From assembly GCA_044345405.1 (NCBI GenBank), contig JBIJBE010000019.1, positions 1 to 64,000 on the forward strand: 64,000 nt of DNA, given 5' to 3'. Source of the DNA: Bdellovibrionota bacterium (GTDB lineage Bacteria; Bdellovibrionota_C; UBA2361; OMII01). The position numbers were made by a program, and so were the translations under genes. Each line of letters starts with the position of its first letter. The stretch's first letter is position 1. The notes under the pieces are model-generated. The model saw only the letters and a program-made list of their open reading frames with translations, did no database searches and was not told the DNA's origin. Below are positions 37,991-48,531 of this stretch, piece by piece.

Positions 37991-40186
37991 TTACGTGGAA
38001 TTTCGCTCCTTCATTCGGCCACATACCCCAGGGATATCGGTGGGGACTCGCTGAGCATAGAGCCGCACGGTTCTCGTTCGCTTAGAAAAACGGGTCGGCA
38101 GACGCCCTCGGGCGACCAGCCTCTCCTGGATAATCGGAATGGTGAGCACGTTCGAGAGGGAGGCGCGTCCCTTCCAGGCGGCGTTGGAGCTCAGAAGGAA
38201 CACCTCAAGATTCTTTCTTTGAAAGTACCCGAGCAAATCGTCTAGCTTGGAGGGATGCGCGGCGAAGTCGTTATACATCACGGTATACACCCGCTTCCCA
38301 AACCCAAGTCGAAGGGGTGTCGAATACGCGTACGCGCCGAAGGCGAGACCTTGCCGGTCGATCAGAAGCACAGAGTTCGCGCCTGTTACCTCATCAATAC
38401 ACTCGACAGCGCGTGAGATCCCCTGCCCCTCTGTCGCTGACATCTTCCCGATCAGCGCCGGCCACACGGAGAGCAACACACACGCCCCGAACACGGGAAA
38501 AAGATAGGCGCCTCTCCAGGGTAAAAACCTCCCAGCAACGTAGAGAGCGACCGCCGCGCAGATACACGCCAACGGTACGATCTCGCTCACAAGGTAGCGC
38601 GCGAAGTAGTAGGTGACCGGGGTCGTCAGCTGTCCAACCAGCAACACCAGTGAGAAGCCGGTAGCTAGGATTGCCAGGGGTGCTAGCGTAGAACGGCGAC
38701 ATGCGGCCGCTCCAACGAGAAATAAACCGGTAACAAAGCCAAACAGCCCCACTGACGAGAGAAGAAGCCTCAGGGTGTTCGCGGAAAGATAGCTCACGGA
38801 GTCCCAACCGTGCCCCGCCATTTTCCAGCGCCGCGCATACCACCGATGATGGTCGTAGTGGTCGGTAAACCCTAATTGATATCCTCGATAGACGCACACG
38901 CCTATCAAGAGAGCCACGATACAACCGCTCACGGCGTATCGGCGCCGGGTGAGGAACTCGGTGAGAAGTCGTACACGTTTGTGACACCGTATGACCACGA
39001 ATCCGAAAATAGCCCACGCGGCTAGGGCACCAAGAAAGAGAGGCCCCGCGTACTGAAGGGATCCTCGCGCTAGACCTAGTTTGCTTTTATAGATATCGAA
39101 TGAGTAGTGAGGCGCGAAGGCGATCCCCCAGTAGAAACTGATCGCGTAGGCGATGATCACTCCGCATCCGGCCCATATCGGCCGGGGATCCCGACGGCGT
39201 AGCGCCATCCATCCAAAGGAAACGAGCAACAACGGGGCGGTTATGAAGCCAGTAATCCGGGTCAGAAAGAGCGCCATCAGTGGGGCAAGAGATCCAAGGA
39301 AGCGCTTGTCGAGGAGAAGGTAGATCGCGGAGAGAAAGAAGAACCCGGCTACGGTCTCGGATACCGGAAAGGTCGCGAAGTAGGCGTGACCGGGATTAAT
39401 CGCGAGAAGAAAGGCCGCGCACAACGCCGGGGCATAGCCGCCCGTGATTTTTCGAGTGATACAAAACGCGCTCAGCACGGTGAGGGTCGAAAAAATAACC
39501 AGTATCCACGATTGAGCTTGAAGGCCGAACACCCAATGTCCGATCGCCAACCACATCGGATGAAGGGCATAGAACTGGAAGTCCCACTGATTCTTCTCCA
39601 GGTTCGTGAGATACACCCCGGGAAGCATATTTCCCACCCACGTATTGGGACGTTTTTCTCTCAGCCGATGCATCGATCGTTTCAGGTAGTACGAAGCGAT
39701 CTCCTTGTTATCTGAAAGTTCCGGGAGGAGCGTATCTTTAAGCTCCAACGAGCCAGTTCGAGCGAAATGGATCGCCATCGCCGAGTACACCCCTGGGTCC
39801 TGTCCCCCATTCAGGAAGGTGGCTGGATTGGAGCGGAAAAATATCGCTATGAGGAGAACCGCGAGGATTCCTAGGTCCCCAAGCCTTAACCTGCCCAGGC
39901 TAGATCGTTTCCTACGAAGCGATACGCAGATCGCCCCACTCACCATGGCAACGAGCACGACGTTCCTCGGAGTGAAGATCCCGATCGAAAGGAGGGTCAG
40001 CGCCAGAAGTGAAAAAACGGACAAGAGGTAGACTAACGCGATGAACAGATTCTCAAGCGCCGATTCTCGATATGGAGGGTTCGTTGGATCTCTCAAAGGA
40101 TATCTAGCCACGGGTACATTGCTAAAACGGTTGAGGTATAACGTAAGACATCTATGCCGTATAGGGGCGTGCGCCCCCTTAAACAA
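37991..40186 (-). CDS. Multi-TM GT-C-type (PMT/ArnT-like) glycosyltransferase
   Basis: About 13 TMs, GGQDPGVY in the first large loop, PVSE and LTRITG motifs, soluble C-terminal domain. Start uncertain. Confidence 0.65.
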   Translation of the reverse strand: MFKGAHAPIRHRCLTLYLNRFSNVPVARYPLRDPTNPPYRESALENLFIALVYLLSVFSLLALTLLSIGIFTPRNVVLVAMVSGAICVSLRRKRSSLGRLRLGDLGILAVLLIAIFFRSNPATFLNGGQDPGVYSAMAIHFARTGSLELKDTLLPELSDNKEIASYYLKRSMHRLREKRPNTWVGNMLPGVYLTNLEKNQWDFQFYALHPMWLAIGHWVFGLQAQSWILVIFSTLTVLSAFCITRKITGGYAPALCAAFLLAINPGHAYFATFPVSETVAGFFFLSAIYLLLDKRFLGSLAPLMALFLTRITGFITAPLLLVSFGWMALRRRDPRPIWAGCGVIIAYAISFYWGIAFAPHYSFDIYKSKLGLARGSLQYAGPLFLGALAAWAIFGFVVIRCHKRVRLLTEFLTRRRYAVSGCIVALLIGVCVYRGYQLGFTDHYDHHRWYARRWKMAGHGWDSVSYLSANTLRLLLSSVGLFGFVTGLFLVGAAACRRSTLAPLAILATGFSLVLLVGQLTTPVTYYFARYLVSEIVPLACICAAVALYVAGRFLPWRGAYLFPVFGACVLLSVWPALIGKMSATEGQGISRAVECIDEVTGANSVLLIDRQGLAFGAYAYSTPLRLGFGKRVYTVMYNDFAAHPSKLDDLLGYFQRKNLEVFLLSSNAAWKGRASLSNVLTIPIIQERLVARGRLPTRFSKRTRTVRLYAQRVPTDIPGVCGRMKERNST

Positions 40187-40469
40187 CAGTCGAGTCAGAA
40201 CGTTAGCTCACGGAGCGAACCTTATCGGAGGGACCGCGGCGACTAGGCGCTGATCCACCGTCGGTCGAGCGTGGCCTCACACACAGAGAGTAGGCACCCC
40301 CTCTCCACTTTTTATTCCCCATCGATCGTACCTAGTTCGATCAGATTCAGCCAGGTATATACGATGAGTAGCGAGCAAATGATTGGTACAATCCCGCGTG
40401 TCGAGTAGTGACGATCGAGAGATTTACCGGCTCGACACACAGTAGCATTCTAATCATACATATCCCCCT

Positions 40470-42197
40470 ATGATTCTAAGTGCCCATATCCAGCCATCGT
40501 CCCTCCCACCCGCGAAGAGCAGTTGGAAAAAAACGACCGTCGATGACGTCGTACGCCTCATCAAACTGATAGAGGGAAGAGACCCCGCCTGGCGTTTCCT
40601 TGAGATTCGACAGATCGATGAGATCCGACGCAATGTGGAGAAATTAGTATCAGCCTCCGATCGCGCCGCCGCGCTCGACGACAAGAGATCAAAGTTTTCC
40701 TCCATCCGAGAAGCGCTCGTCAACTCAGCCTCTCGGGGAGCCCCCCTCTTCGCCTCTGAGATGTGCGTGGCTGAAACCGCTCGCGAGCGACTCACCTTGT
40801 GGGAATCGGGAAAAGCGAAGAAATTCGAGGACGCTCCCCTCGGTCTTCGAGTGCTTATGAACGCGCGGAATCGTCAAGGACATCGGCGTCTGCTCGACAC
40901 GACGAACTCCGCCTGCGCGAAACTGATCACGGACTGCATTCGCATCGCGACGTCGAAGGATTGGCTCTCCGATGACACGTCCGGGATTCCGACGATATCA
41001 GACTCCGCTCGCTCCGGGGTCGTAGGCGCCTTTAAAGCGTCTATGGTGCGCCCCACAGGAGTAGAGGGACTCGCCAAAGCGCTGCGCATCTCTCCCACCG
41101 ATTTCGCGTCAGTGGGAGAGGAGGTTCTTAAGATGGCGCGGGAGGATCTGGCGTATCTCTTCCGTTCTCGAAACAGCGCTCCGCAGCCGATGGACCATGC
41201 AACTGGCGTATCGACCAAGGCACCTATCGTTGAACACGCCATCGAGGTACTCCAGGGCGTGAGCGGCACGCGCGTGACGCGCCAGCAGGTCATTCAAGCC
41301 GCGACGGTGGGGCTCAACGCCTTACAAGATCCATCTGTGAAGGACACCGACCTTCCGGTGACTCTCACACGGCACGTAGCGGAGCGCTGCTTCCCCAAGG
41401 ACGCAACCGAAAGCCAAGCGTTAACAGCGGAACGTTATCTTATGGCGTTGGCTCCACTACTCCGGAACCTTGCATGCGGATATGAGGGCATGTTGCCGTC
41501 GATGCTCGCCTACGCGGGGGGAAGCTTCGCGGAGCGCCAGGGCCGTGAGAGCAGCATCCCTATCCTTCAGCGCGAGGCGCTTTCACTAGCTGGGCACTGG
41601 CTTACGCGAAAAGACCTTTCGGGCGAGTCGCGAGATACCTTAAAAAAGATCCTATTGAAGGCTGTTAGTCCTTATACCCCTCGCTTGTCCGCTGAAGTCG
41701 CGATGCACTGGGTAGTGGTCAATCAGGAACACTTCTCCCCGAAGGAGCTAGAGAAAGCGTTACTCTCTATCCTTGAGCACCACGATCGCGCCTATCTGTA
41801 CCACTCACTCTACATCTCTGCCGACTCCGCTCGCCGCAAGGGAAGGACAGAAAGCAAGGGAGCGCTGGAAGTTGTGCGAGACCTGCTAAAAGCGGGCCGA
41901 TTTGGCGCTGAGGAAGCAGGCCAAGCATATCGAGCGGCTGGACTCTACAGAGTAAGACGAGAGAAGGAGCCGGGCGACGGACTGTGGGCCGCACAACGGA
42001 ATGAGACCACCGCGATCATGCAAGATATTAATGAACTGTGCGGTGGGGAACCGGAGCGACGATGGGGGAGCGAACTTGCTCGCCTTCAGGATTTGCGACG
42101 GACCAATCGAAATAAGAGCGCCCTAACAGCCCGACATCGCAAAGAGCGTATGCTCGATATAGCCGGGGACTTTATCGCGCGACAGACCAACCACTAG
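40470..42197 (+). CDS. Hypothetical helical protein
   Basis: 575-aa open frame filling the gap; no signal peptide or motif recognised. Confidence 0.65.
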   Translation: MILSAHIQPSSLPPAKSSWKKTTVDDVVRLIKLIEGRDPAWRFLEIRQIDEIRRNVEKLVSASDRAAALDDKRSKFSSIREALVNSASRGAPLFASEMCVAETARERLTLWESGKAKKFEDAPLGLRVLMNARNRQGHRRLLDTTNSACAKLITDCIRIATSKDWLSDDTSGIPTISDSARSGVVGAFKASMVRPTGVEGLAKALRISPTDFASVGEEVLKMAREDLAYLFRSRNSAPQPMDHATGVSTKAPIVEHAIEVLQGVSGTRVTRQQVIQAATVGLNALQDPSVKDTDLPVTLTRHVAERCFPKDATESQALTAERYLMALAPLLRNLACGYEGMLPSMLAYAGGSFAERQGRESSIPILQREALSLAGHWLTRKDLSGESRDTLKKILLKAVSPYTPRLSAEVAMHWVVVNQEHFSPKELEKALLSILEHHDRAYLYHSLYISADSARRKGRTESKGALEVVRDLLKAGRFGAEEAGQAYRAAGLYRVRREKEPGDGLWAAQRNETTAIMQDINELCGGEPERRWGSELARLQDLRRTNRNKSALTARHRKERMLDIAGDFIARQTNH

Positions 42198-42222
42198 GCT
42201 CCAGCTGTATCGATAGCGCGCA

Positions 42223-44181
42223 CTAAGGATTGAGTGAGGTCTTGAGTAGCTCGTTCTCGACCTGGGCCAGTTCAGGAGCGGCGGGAAGTTGCGCCTCAGA
42301 GTCCGTAGCGTTCTGGAGTTGGCTCTTGGTAGCCATAAACTTGAAGCTTCGCTCCATTACCTTCTTGAACACGGGAGCCGCAAGGGTTCCACCGTAAATA
42401 CTCTTCGCCTTTGGCTCGTCGATGATCACCATCGTCGTGATGTTTCGAGGAACACCGAGCGGCGTTCCATCAGCGAATCCTACGAACGAGGCGACGTACG
42501 AACCTGCCATGTACCCACGCCCCTTCGGAGAGGCTTTCTGGGCGGTTCCGGTCTTTCCACCAACACGAAGCCCCTCGATCTTAGCGTTGGATCCGGTACC
42601 GTGCTCGTCCTCAACCACACCGAACATCATCTCTCGAGCCGCTATCGCGGCCTTCTCGGAGACAACCCGTTGCCCTGAAGCAGCACCCTGCTCATTCATG
42701 ACGACGGAGAGGGTCGGAAGCACTCCACCGTTGGCTAGGGCGGCGGTCGCCCGAACAACCTGCAGCGGAGTTACCGCCACACCTTGACCGAACGAATGCG
42801 TAGCGACATCGATCTTCGCCCATCCAGAAACATTTCTCAGAATGCCCGCCGACTCACCCGCAAGCCCAAGCTTCGAATCGGTGCCGAACCCGAATCGCTT
42901 GAGATATTGATAGAGACGGTCAGGTCCAAGACGCAATCCGACCTTGGTCATGCCGATATTGGAGGAGCGAACGACAACATCGTAGAAACTTACCGTGCCC
43001 GATGGGTGGACGTCCTTCACGGTGTGCGTTGAGTATTTGAACCGCCCGTTCTCACAATTAATGAGGTCCGTCGGCGTCACTACCCCCGCATCCATCGCCG
43101 CCGCCGCCACTATCGGCTTCATCGTGGAACCGGGCTCAAAGACCGCTTCGACCAGGAGATTTCGCAACGCGTTCTTTGAATCTGTGGCTGGATTATTGAA
43201 ATTAAAACTCGGCGACTGGCTCAGCGCGATGACCTCGCCCGAATCGGAATCGATCATAACGGCCATCGCCTGCTTAGCGTTAGCCGCTTTGCGACCGAGC
43301 TCCAACTCTTCATCCATGATAAGCTGCAGATCAGCGTCGATCGTCAGCTGCAGGGCGTCACCCTTAGGAACCTCAAAGGACCCCTCATCCCCGAGCTGCT
43401 GAACCTGAATCACCTTACCGAAGGCGTCACGGGTTCCCCTGGTCTTCACGTGATCCATGTGGAGCTTCTTCTCGTACAAACTCTCAATACCGGAGAGCCC
43501 CTTTCCATCAACGCCGACCTTTCCGATCAGCGCGCTCGCCGCTTGGTTGTACGGATAGAAGCGCCGAGACTCAAGCACGGTTCCCACCCCGGCTATCTGC
43601 AGGGACGCGACCTTCTCTGCCTGGTAGCGAGGAACCTGCCGCTTGATCCACACGAACGGATGAGTAGTAGAGAGCTTCTCGCGAAGAACCGCGGGCTTCA
43701 TCTCGAGGAGAGCCGCCAACTCGCGCGCCACCAACTCTTTGTCTTTAATCTGCTTGGGACGCACGTACACCGACTCTGCGGGGACTGAGACCGCGAGGAG
43801 CTTTCCGTTCCTATCAAGAACCGGTCCACGCTCTGCGGCGATCTCTACCTCAGCCACGTGCTGCTTAATCGCCCAATCCTGCCAGGTCTCAAAGTCGGAA
43901 ACCTGCAAACTCCACATGCGAGAGAGCAGGAGCCCCGTCCATGCGAGCGCGACGACGCCGATAATTCGGAGGCGCATCGGACGTTGATTCGCTAAGGCGA
44001 GAGACGCCGCGGCGGGGCGTTGCGAGAAGGCGAAGTCGCGCCCTATCAGGCCACGACGCCCAGAGGAGGCCCGGGCTGGACCGTCGGAATTTGCGGGAAG
44101 GTCGCCGCTTCCAAAAAAATCGGCGTTAGCTGGCTCAGATGAGGAGAGGTGGAAATCGGTCTGCTTTCGTCTAGGAAACAT
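42223..44181 (-). CDS. ftsI: Class B penicillin-binding protein FtsI/PBP3
   Basis: RGPVLDRNG, RFYP, GLSGIE, EPGSTMK (SxxK), SSN, KTGTAQ; follows mraZ-rsmH-ftsL. Confidence 0.93.
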   Translation of the reverse strand: MFPRRKQTDFHLSSSEPANADFFGSGDLPANSDGPARASSGRRGLIGRDFAFSQRPAAASLALANQRPMRLRIIGVVALAWTGLLLSRMWSLQVSDFETWQDWAIKQHVAEVEIAAERGPVLDRNGKLLAVSVPAESVYVRPKQIKDKELVARELAALLEMKPAVLREKLSTTHPFVWIKRQVPRYQAEKVASLQIAGVGTVLESRRFYPYNQAASALIGKVGVDGKGLSGIESLYEKKLHMDHVKTRGTRDAFGKVIQVQQLGDEGSFEVPKGDALQLTIDADLQLIMDEELELGRKAANAKQAMAVMIDSDSGEVIALSQSPSFNFNNPATDSKNALRNLLVEAVFEPGSTMKPIVAAAAMDAGVVTPTDLINCENGRFKYSTHTVKDVHPSGTVSFYDVVVRSSNIGMTKVGLRLGPDRLYQYLKRFGFGTDSKLGLAGESAGILRNVSGWAKIDVATHSFGQGVAVTPLQVVRATAALANGGVLPTLSVVMNEQGAASGQRVVSEKAAIAAREMMFGVVEDEHGTGSNAKIEGLRVGGKTGTAQKASPKGRGYMAGSYVASFVGFADGTPLGVPRNITTMVIIDEPKAKSIYGGTLAAPVFKKVMERSFKFMATKSQLQNATDSEAQLPAAPELAQVENELLKTSLNP

Positions 44182-44313
44182 TCGCCCGCTCAATATCCTA
44201 TGAACCCCCTCAAAGGGTTCACAACACCACACGGATGGGGTGAGTAAGTTATTGTTTTAAAATACCCCTTCCCCGAGTGTCGGGGAAGGGTAAAAAAGGA
44301 CGAAAGCGATTAA

Positions 44314-44631
44314 TTAATAGGTCACTTTCAGTGTCTGCCCGAGGCTATTCTCCGCGAGACCGACCTTATCGCGAGCGGCTCGCGAGAGGGAATCTGGGCG
44401 CATCAATACTGAGCGCTGCAGCTCAAGCTCCCGACGCTCCATGTCGAGAGCGACCGTCTTCTGTCGCTCACGAGCCAAGCTATACCCGAGGTCTGTCGCC
44501 TCAAGCTTTGCCCACACCTTGATGCCCAAGAGGGCGAGAAGAACCACAGCACCTACGAGCTGCACCTTTCCCGATACTCGAGTAGCTTCGCGCTTAACGT
44601 AAACCGACTGATACTGCAAACACACTGCCAT
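44314..44631 (-). CDS. ftsL: Cell division protein FtsL
   Basis: Short protein with one TM and a coiled coil ending ARDKVGL; canonical position between rsmH and ftsI. Confidence 0.8.
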   Translation of the reverse strand: MAVCLQYQSVYVKREATRVSGKVQLVGAVVLLALLGIKVWAKLEATDLGYSLARERQKTVALDMERRELELQRSVLMRPDSLSRAARDKVGLAENSLGQTLKVTY

Positions 44632-44717
44632 AGAACCTCAACCCTCTTTAGACTTTGTACAGACAAATTAGTTTTCTGTCGCTACCAAAAGTGACACCAC
44701 TCTCATTTTTTCACTGC

Positions 44718-45653
44718 TCACTTCGAAAAATCTTTTTCAAATTCCAACACACGCAATCGAGCGCTACGCGACGCGGGGTTTCGCTCGATCTCTTCATCGG
44801 ACGGCGCAATCGCCTTTCGATTCACAACGTGTCCGACACGAATCTCGGTGCGCGCGCCACGCCACGACGCTGGATAACTTCCGGCGGATTCCCAGCTCCG
44901 CATGCGATTTGTGACGATCTTGTCCTCGATCGAGTGGAAGGTAATCACGGCGAACCGGGTGCCCTTCTTCGACACGTTCGGCACCGCATGAAGGAAATGC
45001 TCAAGCTGACCGATCTCGTCGTTGATCTTCATTCGAAGCGCTTGAAACACGACCGTAGCCGGATGCACCCTCGACTCACTCTTCTTACCGACATGCGCGT
45101 TCTTAATAACGTCCGCAAGCTGCCGCGCGCTCTCAAAAGGGCGCTTCTCCACCATGATCTTCGCGATAATTCGGGCGTTTTGCCCTACCCCACCCTCAGC
45201 CAGAGCGACATAAAGGTCCCTCTCCTGAGCGGTATTCACGAACTCCTGAGCGCTCATCCCAGAGCCCTCATCCATTCGCATATCGAAGACCCCTTCGTCG
45301 GCGAATGAAAAGCCCCGACCCTCTTTCAGCTGGTCGGTAGACATACCAAGGTCGGCCAAGATCCCATCGAACCCCTTAAAGGAGACCGCCTGCTCGAGGT
45401 CGGCGAAGGGAGCGTGAACCAACTCAAGACGCTCTCCGTATTGAGCCGCTAAGGCGCTCCCACGCTCAATCGCCCGACCATCGCGGTCCATGGCGATAAC
45501 CCACGCGTCAGGGCTCGCGTCGAGGATAGCCTTCGTGTGCCCACCACTGCCAAAGGTGCAATCCAGGAACATTCCACCCTTCTTCGCCTGAAGCGCGTCG
45601 ATAACCTCATCAACCATGATTGGGACGTGAACCCCGATCTTTGTACTGCTCAT
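44718..45653 (-). CDS. rsmH: 16S rRNA m4C1402 methyltransferase RsmH
   Basis: HVPIMVDE, DCTFGSGGH, DLGMS, RGFSF, FQALRM, TFHSIED, NPASRSARLR. Confidence 0.96.
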   Translation of the reverse strand: MSSTKIGVHVPIMVDEVIDALQAKKGGMFLDCTFGSGGHTKAILDASPDAWVIAMDRDGRAIERGSALAAQYGERLELVHAPFADLEQAVSFKGFDGILADLGMSTDQLKEGRGFSFADEGVFDMRMDEGSGMSAQEFVNTAQERDLYVALAEGGVGQNARIIAKIMVEKRPFESARQLADVIKNAHVGKKSESRVHPATVVFQALRMKINDEIGQLEHFLHAVPNVSKKGTRFAVITFHSIEDKIVTNRMRSWESAGSYPASWRGARTEIRVGHVVNRKAIAPSDEEIERNPASRSARLRVLEFEKDFSK

Positions 45654-46210
45654 ATATCCACATCAGCGAAGAGGTCCGGATTCTCTAAGAGCGCCTGCTC
45701 TGACGCCTCAAAGATCGAGTCCCACACCCGCTTATCCCAAATTCTAAAGCCATGAATAGAGGAGGTGAAAACCACATCCCGCTCTAACCCGGCATACGCT
45801 CGAAGGTACGCCGGAACCAAAATTCTGCCGTTGCTGTCGATGGCGCACTCAGATGCGCGACTGAGGTAAAAGTTCTCAAGCCGTTGCAGCTTACTGCTGA
45901 ACCGACTCTTCTCGCGGAGCCGTTCCTCGAAATCCTCCCAGGCATCAAGGCCGAAGCCTTCGATACACCGCGACCCTTCCGAGATGTAATTCGTAAGCAC
46001 AACTCCACGCTGTTCTCGCTCACCGAGCACCTTCCGGAACTCACTCGGAAGGCTCACGCGCCCCTTATCATCGACGGAGTGTACGCAATTACCGCGAAAA
46101 GAGACGTGCAGTGGGCGCTTCGACGCACGACTAGCCTGCGAACGATGCTCCCGTTCGCCAGGATTACCCTGTTGAGGCTTGTCGTTCATGAAGTCACCCA
46201 CCGTCGCCAA
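45650..46210 (-). CDS. mraZ: Division/cell-wall cluster transcriptional repressor MraZ
   Basis: Two DxxGR repeats (VDDKGRVSLP, IDSNGRILVP) and RIWD; alternative ATG at 46189. Confidence 0.94.
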   Translation of the reverse strand: MATVGDFMNDKPQQGNPGEREHRSQASRASKRPLHVSFRGNCVHSVDDKGRVSLPSEFRKVLGEREQRGVVLTNYISEGSRCIEGFGLDAWEDFEERLREKSRFSSKLQRLENFYLSRASECAIDSNGRILVPAYLRAYAGLERDVVFTSSIHGFRIWDKRVWDSIFEASEQALLENPDLFADVDI

Positions 46211-46270
46211 GGAGAACTACAACTACTGCTGTAACCTGAACCAACCGAACTGCAACCCAATGGGACGTCA

Positions 46271-46327
46271 TACCACTACGCCCCACCATGTCCCACAAAC
46301 CTACAGGGTACTGGGAAGATCCGTCAA
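46271..46327 (-). promoter_or_regulatory. dcw promoter with three MraZ boxes
   Basis: Minus strand: TTGACG (46327-46322), 18 bp, TAGGTT (46303-46298), then GTGGGA, GTGGGG, GTGGTA at exact 10-bp spacing (46296-46271), matching the known GTGGG-type MraZ repeats. Confidence 0.8.
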
Positions 46328-46499
46328 TCCACAAAAAACGGTAAACGGCTAAATTTTTTAGCTATTTTAAGAGGCTTAAAGTTACTCTGCTCAATCCCTA
46401 GGGGGAGCGGGTGGTTAGCTGGTGGGAGAACGCCCCACCCTTGAATGTGGCGTCGATACCTCCACCCGTCATACGGCCCGTTAGAACCGGCAACAAAGG

Positions 46500-46664
46500 T
46501 ATTATGCGATACGCCACATTTTCGGCGACCAGGAATGGTCGCCCTCCCGAGATGTCTCCCGGTGATTAGGAGGGCGGTCATTCCTGACCGCCGCGTTACA
46601 ACCCAAAAAGGGTATTTATTATGCGATACGCCACATTTTCGGCGACCAGGAATGGTCGCCCTCC
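46500..46664. repeat. BIME-like cluster of three GGAG-type REP palindromes within 48-bp direct repeats
   Basis: Identical 48-mers at 46500-46547 and 46617-46664, each ending in GGCGACCAggaaTGGTCGCCctcc; an inverted variant GGAGGGCGGTCATTCCTGACCGCC lies at 46569-46592. Confidence 0.88.
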
Positions 46665-46695
46665 GGAGGTGCAACCCGCGAACTGGGAGCCCCCC

Positions 46696-48531
46696 CTACT
46701 CCACCGTCACACTCTTGGCGAGATTGCGCGGGAGGTCCACATCGGTCCCGTTCAACACCGCGACGTGATATGCGAGGAGCTGAAGCGGAATGTTGAGAAG
46801 AATTGGACTCAACTCATGCGACACGAAGGGAACCTGGATAAGTCCCTGGGTCGCGATCCCTTTGATATCCTCATCAGAGGCGTCGGTCACGACGATTACA
46901 CGAGCCCCTCGAGCCTCGACCTCTTTGAGGTTGGAGAGGGTCTTCTCAAAGAGCGGCTTCTCCCGCTGCAACACCATCACGACCGGCATGTTCTCATCGA
47001 TCAACGCGATCGGACCGTGCTTCATCTCGCCAGCGGGATACCCCTCGGCGTGAATGTAGGAGATCTCCTTGAGCTTTAACGCGCCCTCGAGAGCTATCGG
47101 GTAGCAACGCCCACGACCGAGGAAAAGGAAATCCCGCGCCTGGAAGAACTTCTTCGCGACCGCGGCAACGTCAGAATCAACTTTAATCGTTTGTGACAGC
47201 GCCGCCGGAAGTTCAACCATCGCGTGCAGAACGTTCCGCCGAGCCGCGGCCGACATCGTCGAACGGGCCTCCGCGAGGTAGAGCGCTAAGAGCTGAAGCG
47301 CCACCAGCTGCGTGGTGAAGGCCTTCGTTGACGCCACGCTGATCTCTGGCCCCGCATGGGTGTAGACAACCATATCCGCCTTGCGACAGATCGAGGCCCC
47401 GACCACGTTACAGATAGCGAGGGTGAGCCCCTTGCCGGTCGCGCACTCAAGCGCTCCGAGCGTGTCCAGCGTCTCGCCTGATTGCGACACCGCGATGACC
47501 AAGGTGTCCTTATCGATAAGACCGGAGCGATATCGAAACTCTGAGGCGTAATCCACCTCGCACGGAATACCGGCGAACTCCTCAATGAAGAACTTCCCCT
47601 CAAGACAGGCGTGCCATGCCGTTCCACACGCGACCATCACGATCCGCTTCAGTGAGCTCGCCTTCTCTCGCAACAGCTCTAACTCAGGAAGCCTAACCGA
47701 TCCATCGTGTTCAGAGATACGCCCCCGAAGGGTATCCCCCACGACTCTCGATTGATCGTGAATCTCCTTCAGCATGAAGTGCTTGAAACCACCCTTCTGC
47801 GCGGTGATCGGATCCCACGAGATCGTCTCCTCCTTTCGAAGTACCTCCTTGCCACCGTTCTCGATGTAGACAGATGAGGCGGTAATCTCGGCGAGATCGC
47901 CATCCTCCAACACAATGATCCGTCGTGTATGTTGCAACACCGCGGGGATATCGCTGGCGATAAGATTCTCCTCATCTCCCCGACCGATAATGATCGGCGT
48001 TGAGTTTTTCGCAACGAGGACTCGGTCTGGGTGGTGCGAATCGATAGCCAGAAACGCGTAACTTCCCTTCACCTGAGAGCACATGGTGCGCATCGCGTCG
48101 AGGGGTTTAAGACCGTCAGCCAGGAGCGTATTGAGAAGATGCGCGGCGACCTCGGTGTCGGTCTCCGAGAGGAATACGCACCCCTTTTCCTCCAGCATCG
48201 CCCGAAGGGGAAGATAGTTCTCGATGATCCCGTTATGGATAAGGCTCACGCGTCCAGCTGAGTGGGGATGCGCGTTCGTCTCGGTTGGACGTCCATGGGT
48301 CGCCCACCGGGTGTGACCGATTCCGAGGGGCGCGGTTCCCACTCGCTTCTTTGAGGCGAGAACCTTCTTCAGTTCACTCAACTTTCCGGTCGCTCGGGTG
48401 GTTTCTATCTTTCCACCCTCAAGAACCGATACACCCGCGGAGTCGTATCCCCGGTACTCAAGCGACTCAAGCCCCCCAATGATGATCGAGAGCGCGTCAC
48501 GATTACCGGCATATCCAACGATTCCACACAT
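46696..48531 (-). CDS. glmS: Glutamine--fructose-6-phosphate transaminase
   Basis: MCGIVGY, LEYRGYDSAG, GHTRWATHG, SQSGET, EMKHGP, PRNLAKSVTVE. Confidence 0.98.
   Translation of the reverse strand: MCGIVGYAGNRDALSIIIGGLESLEYRGYDSAGVSVLEGGKIETTRATGKLSELKKVLASKKRVGTAPLGIGHTRWATHGRPTETNAHPHSAGRVSLIHNGIIENYLPLRAMLEEKGCVFLSETDTEVAAHLLNTLLADGLKPLDAMRTMCSQVKGSYAFLAIDSHHPDRVLVAKNSTPIIIGRGDEENLIASDIPAVLQHTRRIIVLEDGDLAEITASSVYIENGGKEVLRKEETISWDPITAQKGGFKHFMLKEIHDQSRVVGDTLRGRISEHDGSVRLPELELLREKASSLKRIVMVACGTAWHACLEGKFFIEEFAGIPCEVDYASEFRYRSGLIDKDTLVIAVSQSGETLDTLGALECATGKGLTLAICNVVGASICRKADMVVYTHAGPEISVASTKAFTTQLVALQLLALYLAEARSTMSAAARRNVLHAMVELPAALSQTIKVDSDVAAVAKKFFQARDFLFLGRGRCYPIALEGALKLKEISYIHAEGYPAGEMKHGPIALIDENMPVVMVLQREKPLFEKTLSNLKEVEARGARVIVVTDASDEDIKGIATQGLIQVPFVSHELSPILLNIPLQLLAYHVAVLNGTDVDLPRNLAKSVTVE

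Noticed and set aside
46324-46768. ORFs of 107-116 aa with internal repeats between mraZ and glmS
   Set aside because: They are translations of the REP/BIME repeats.
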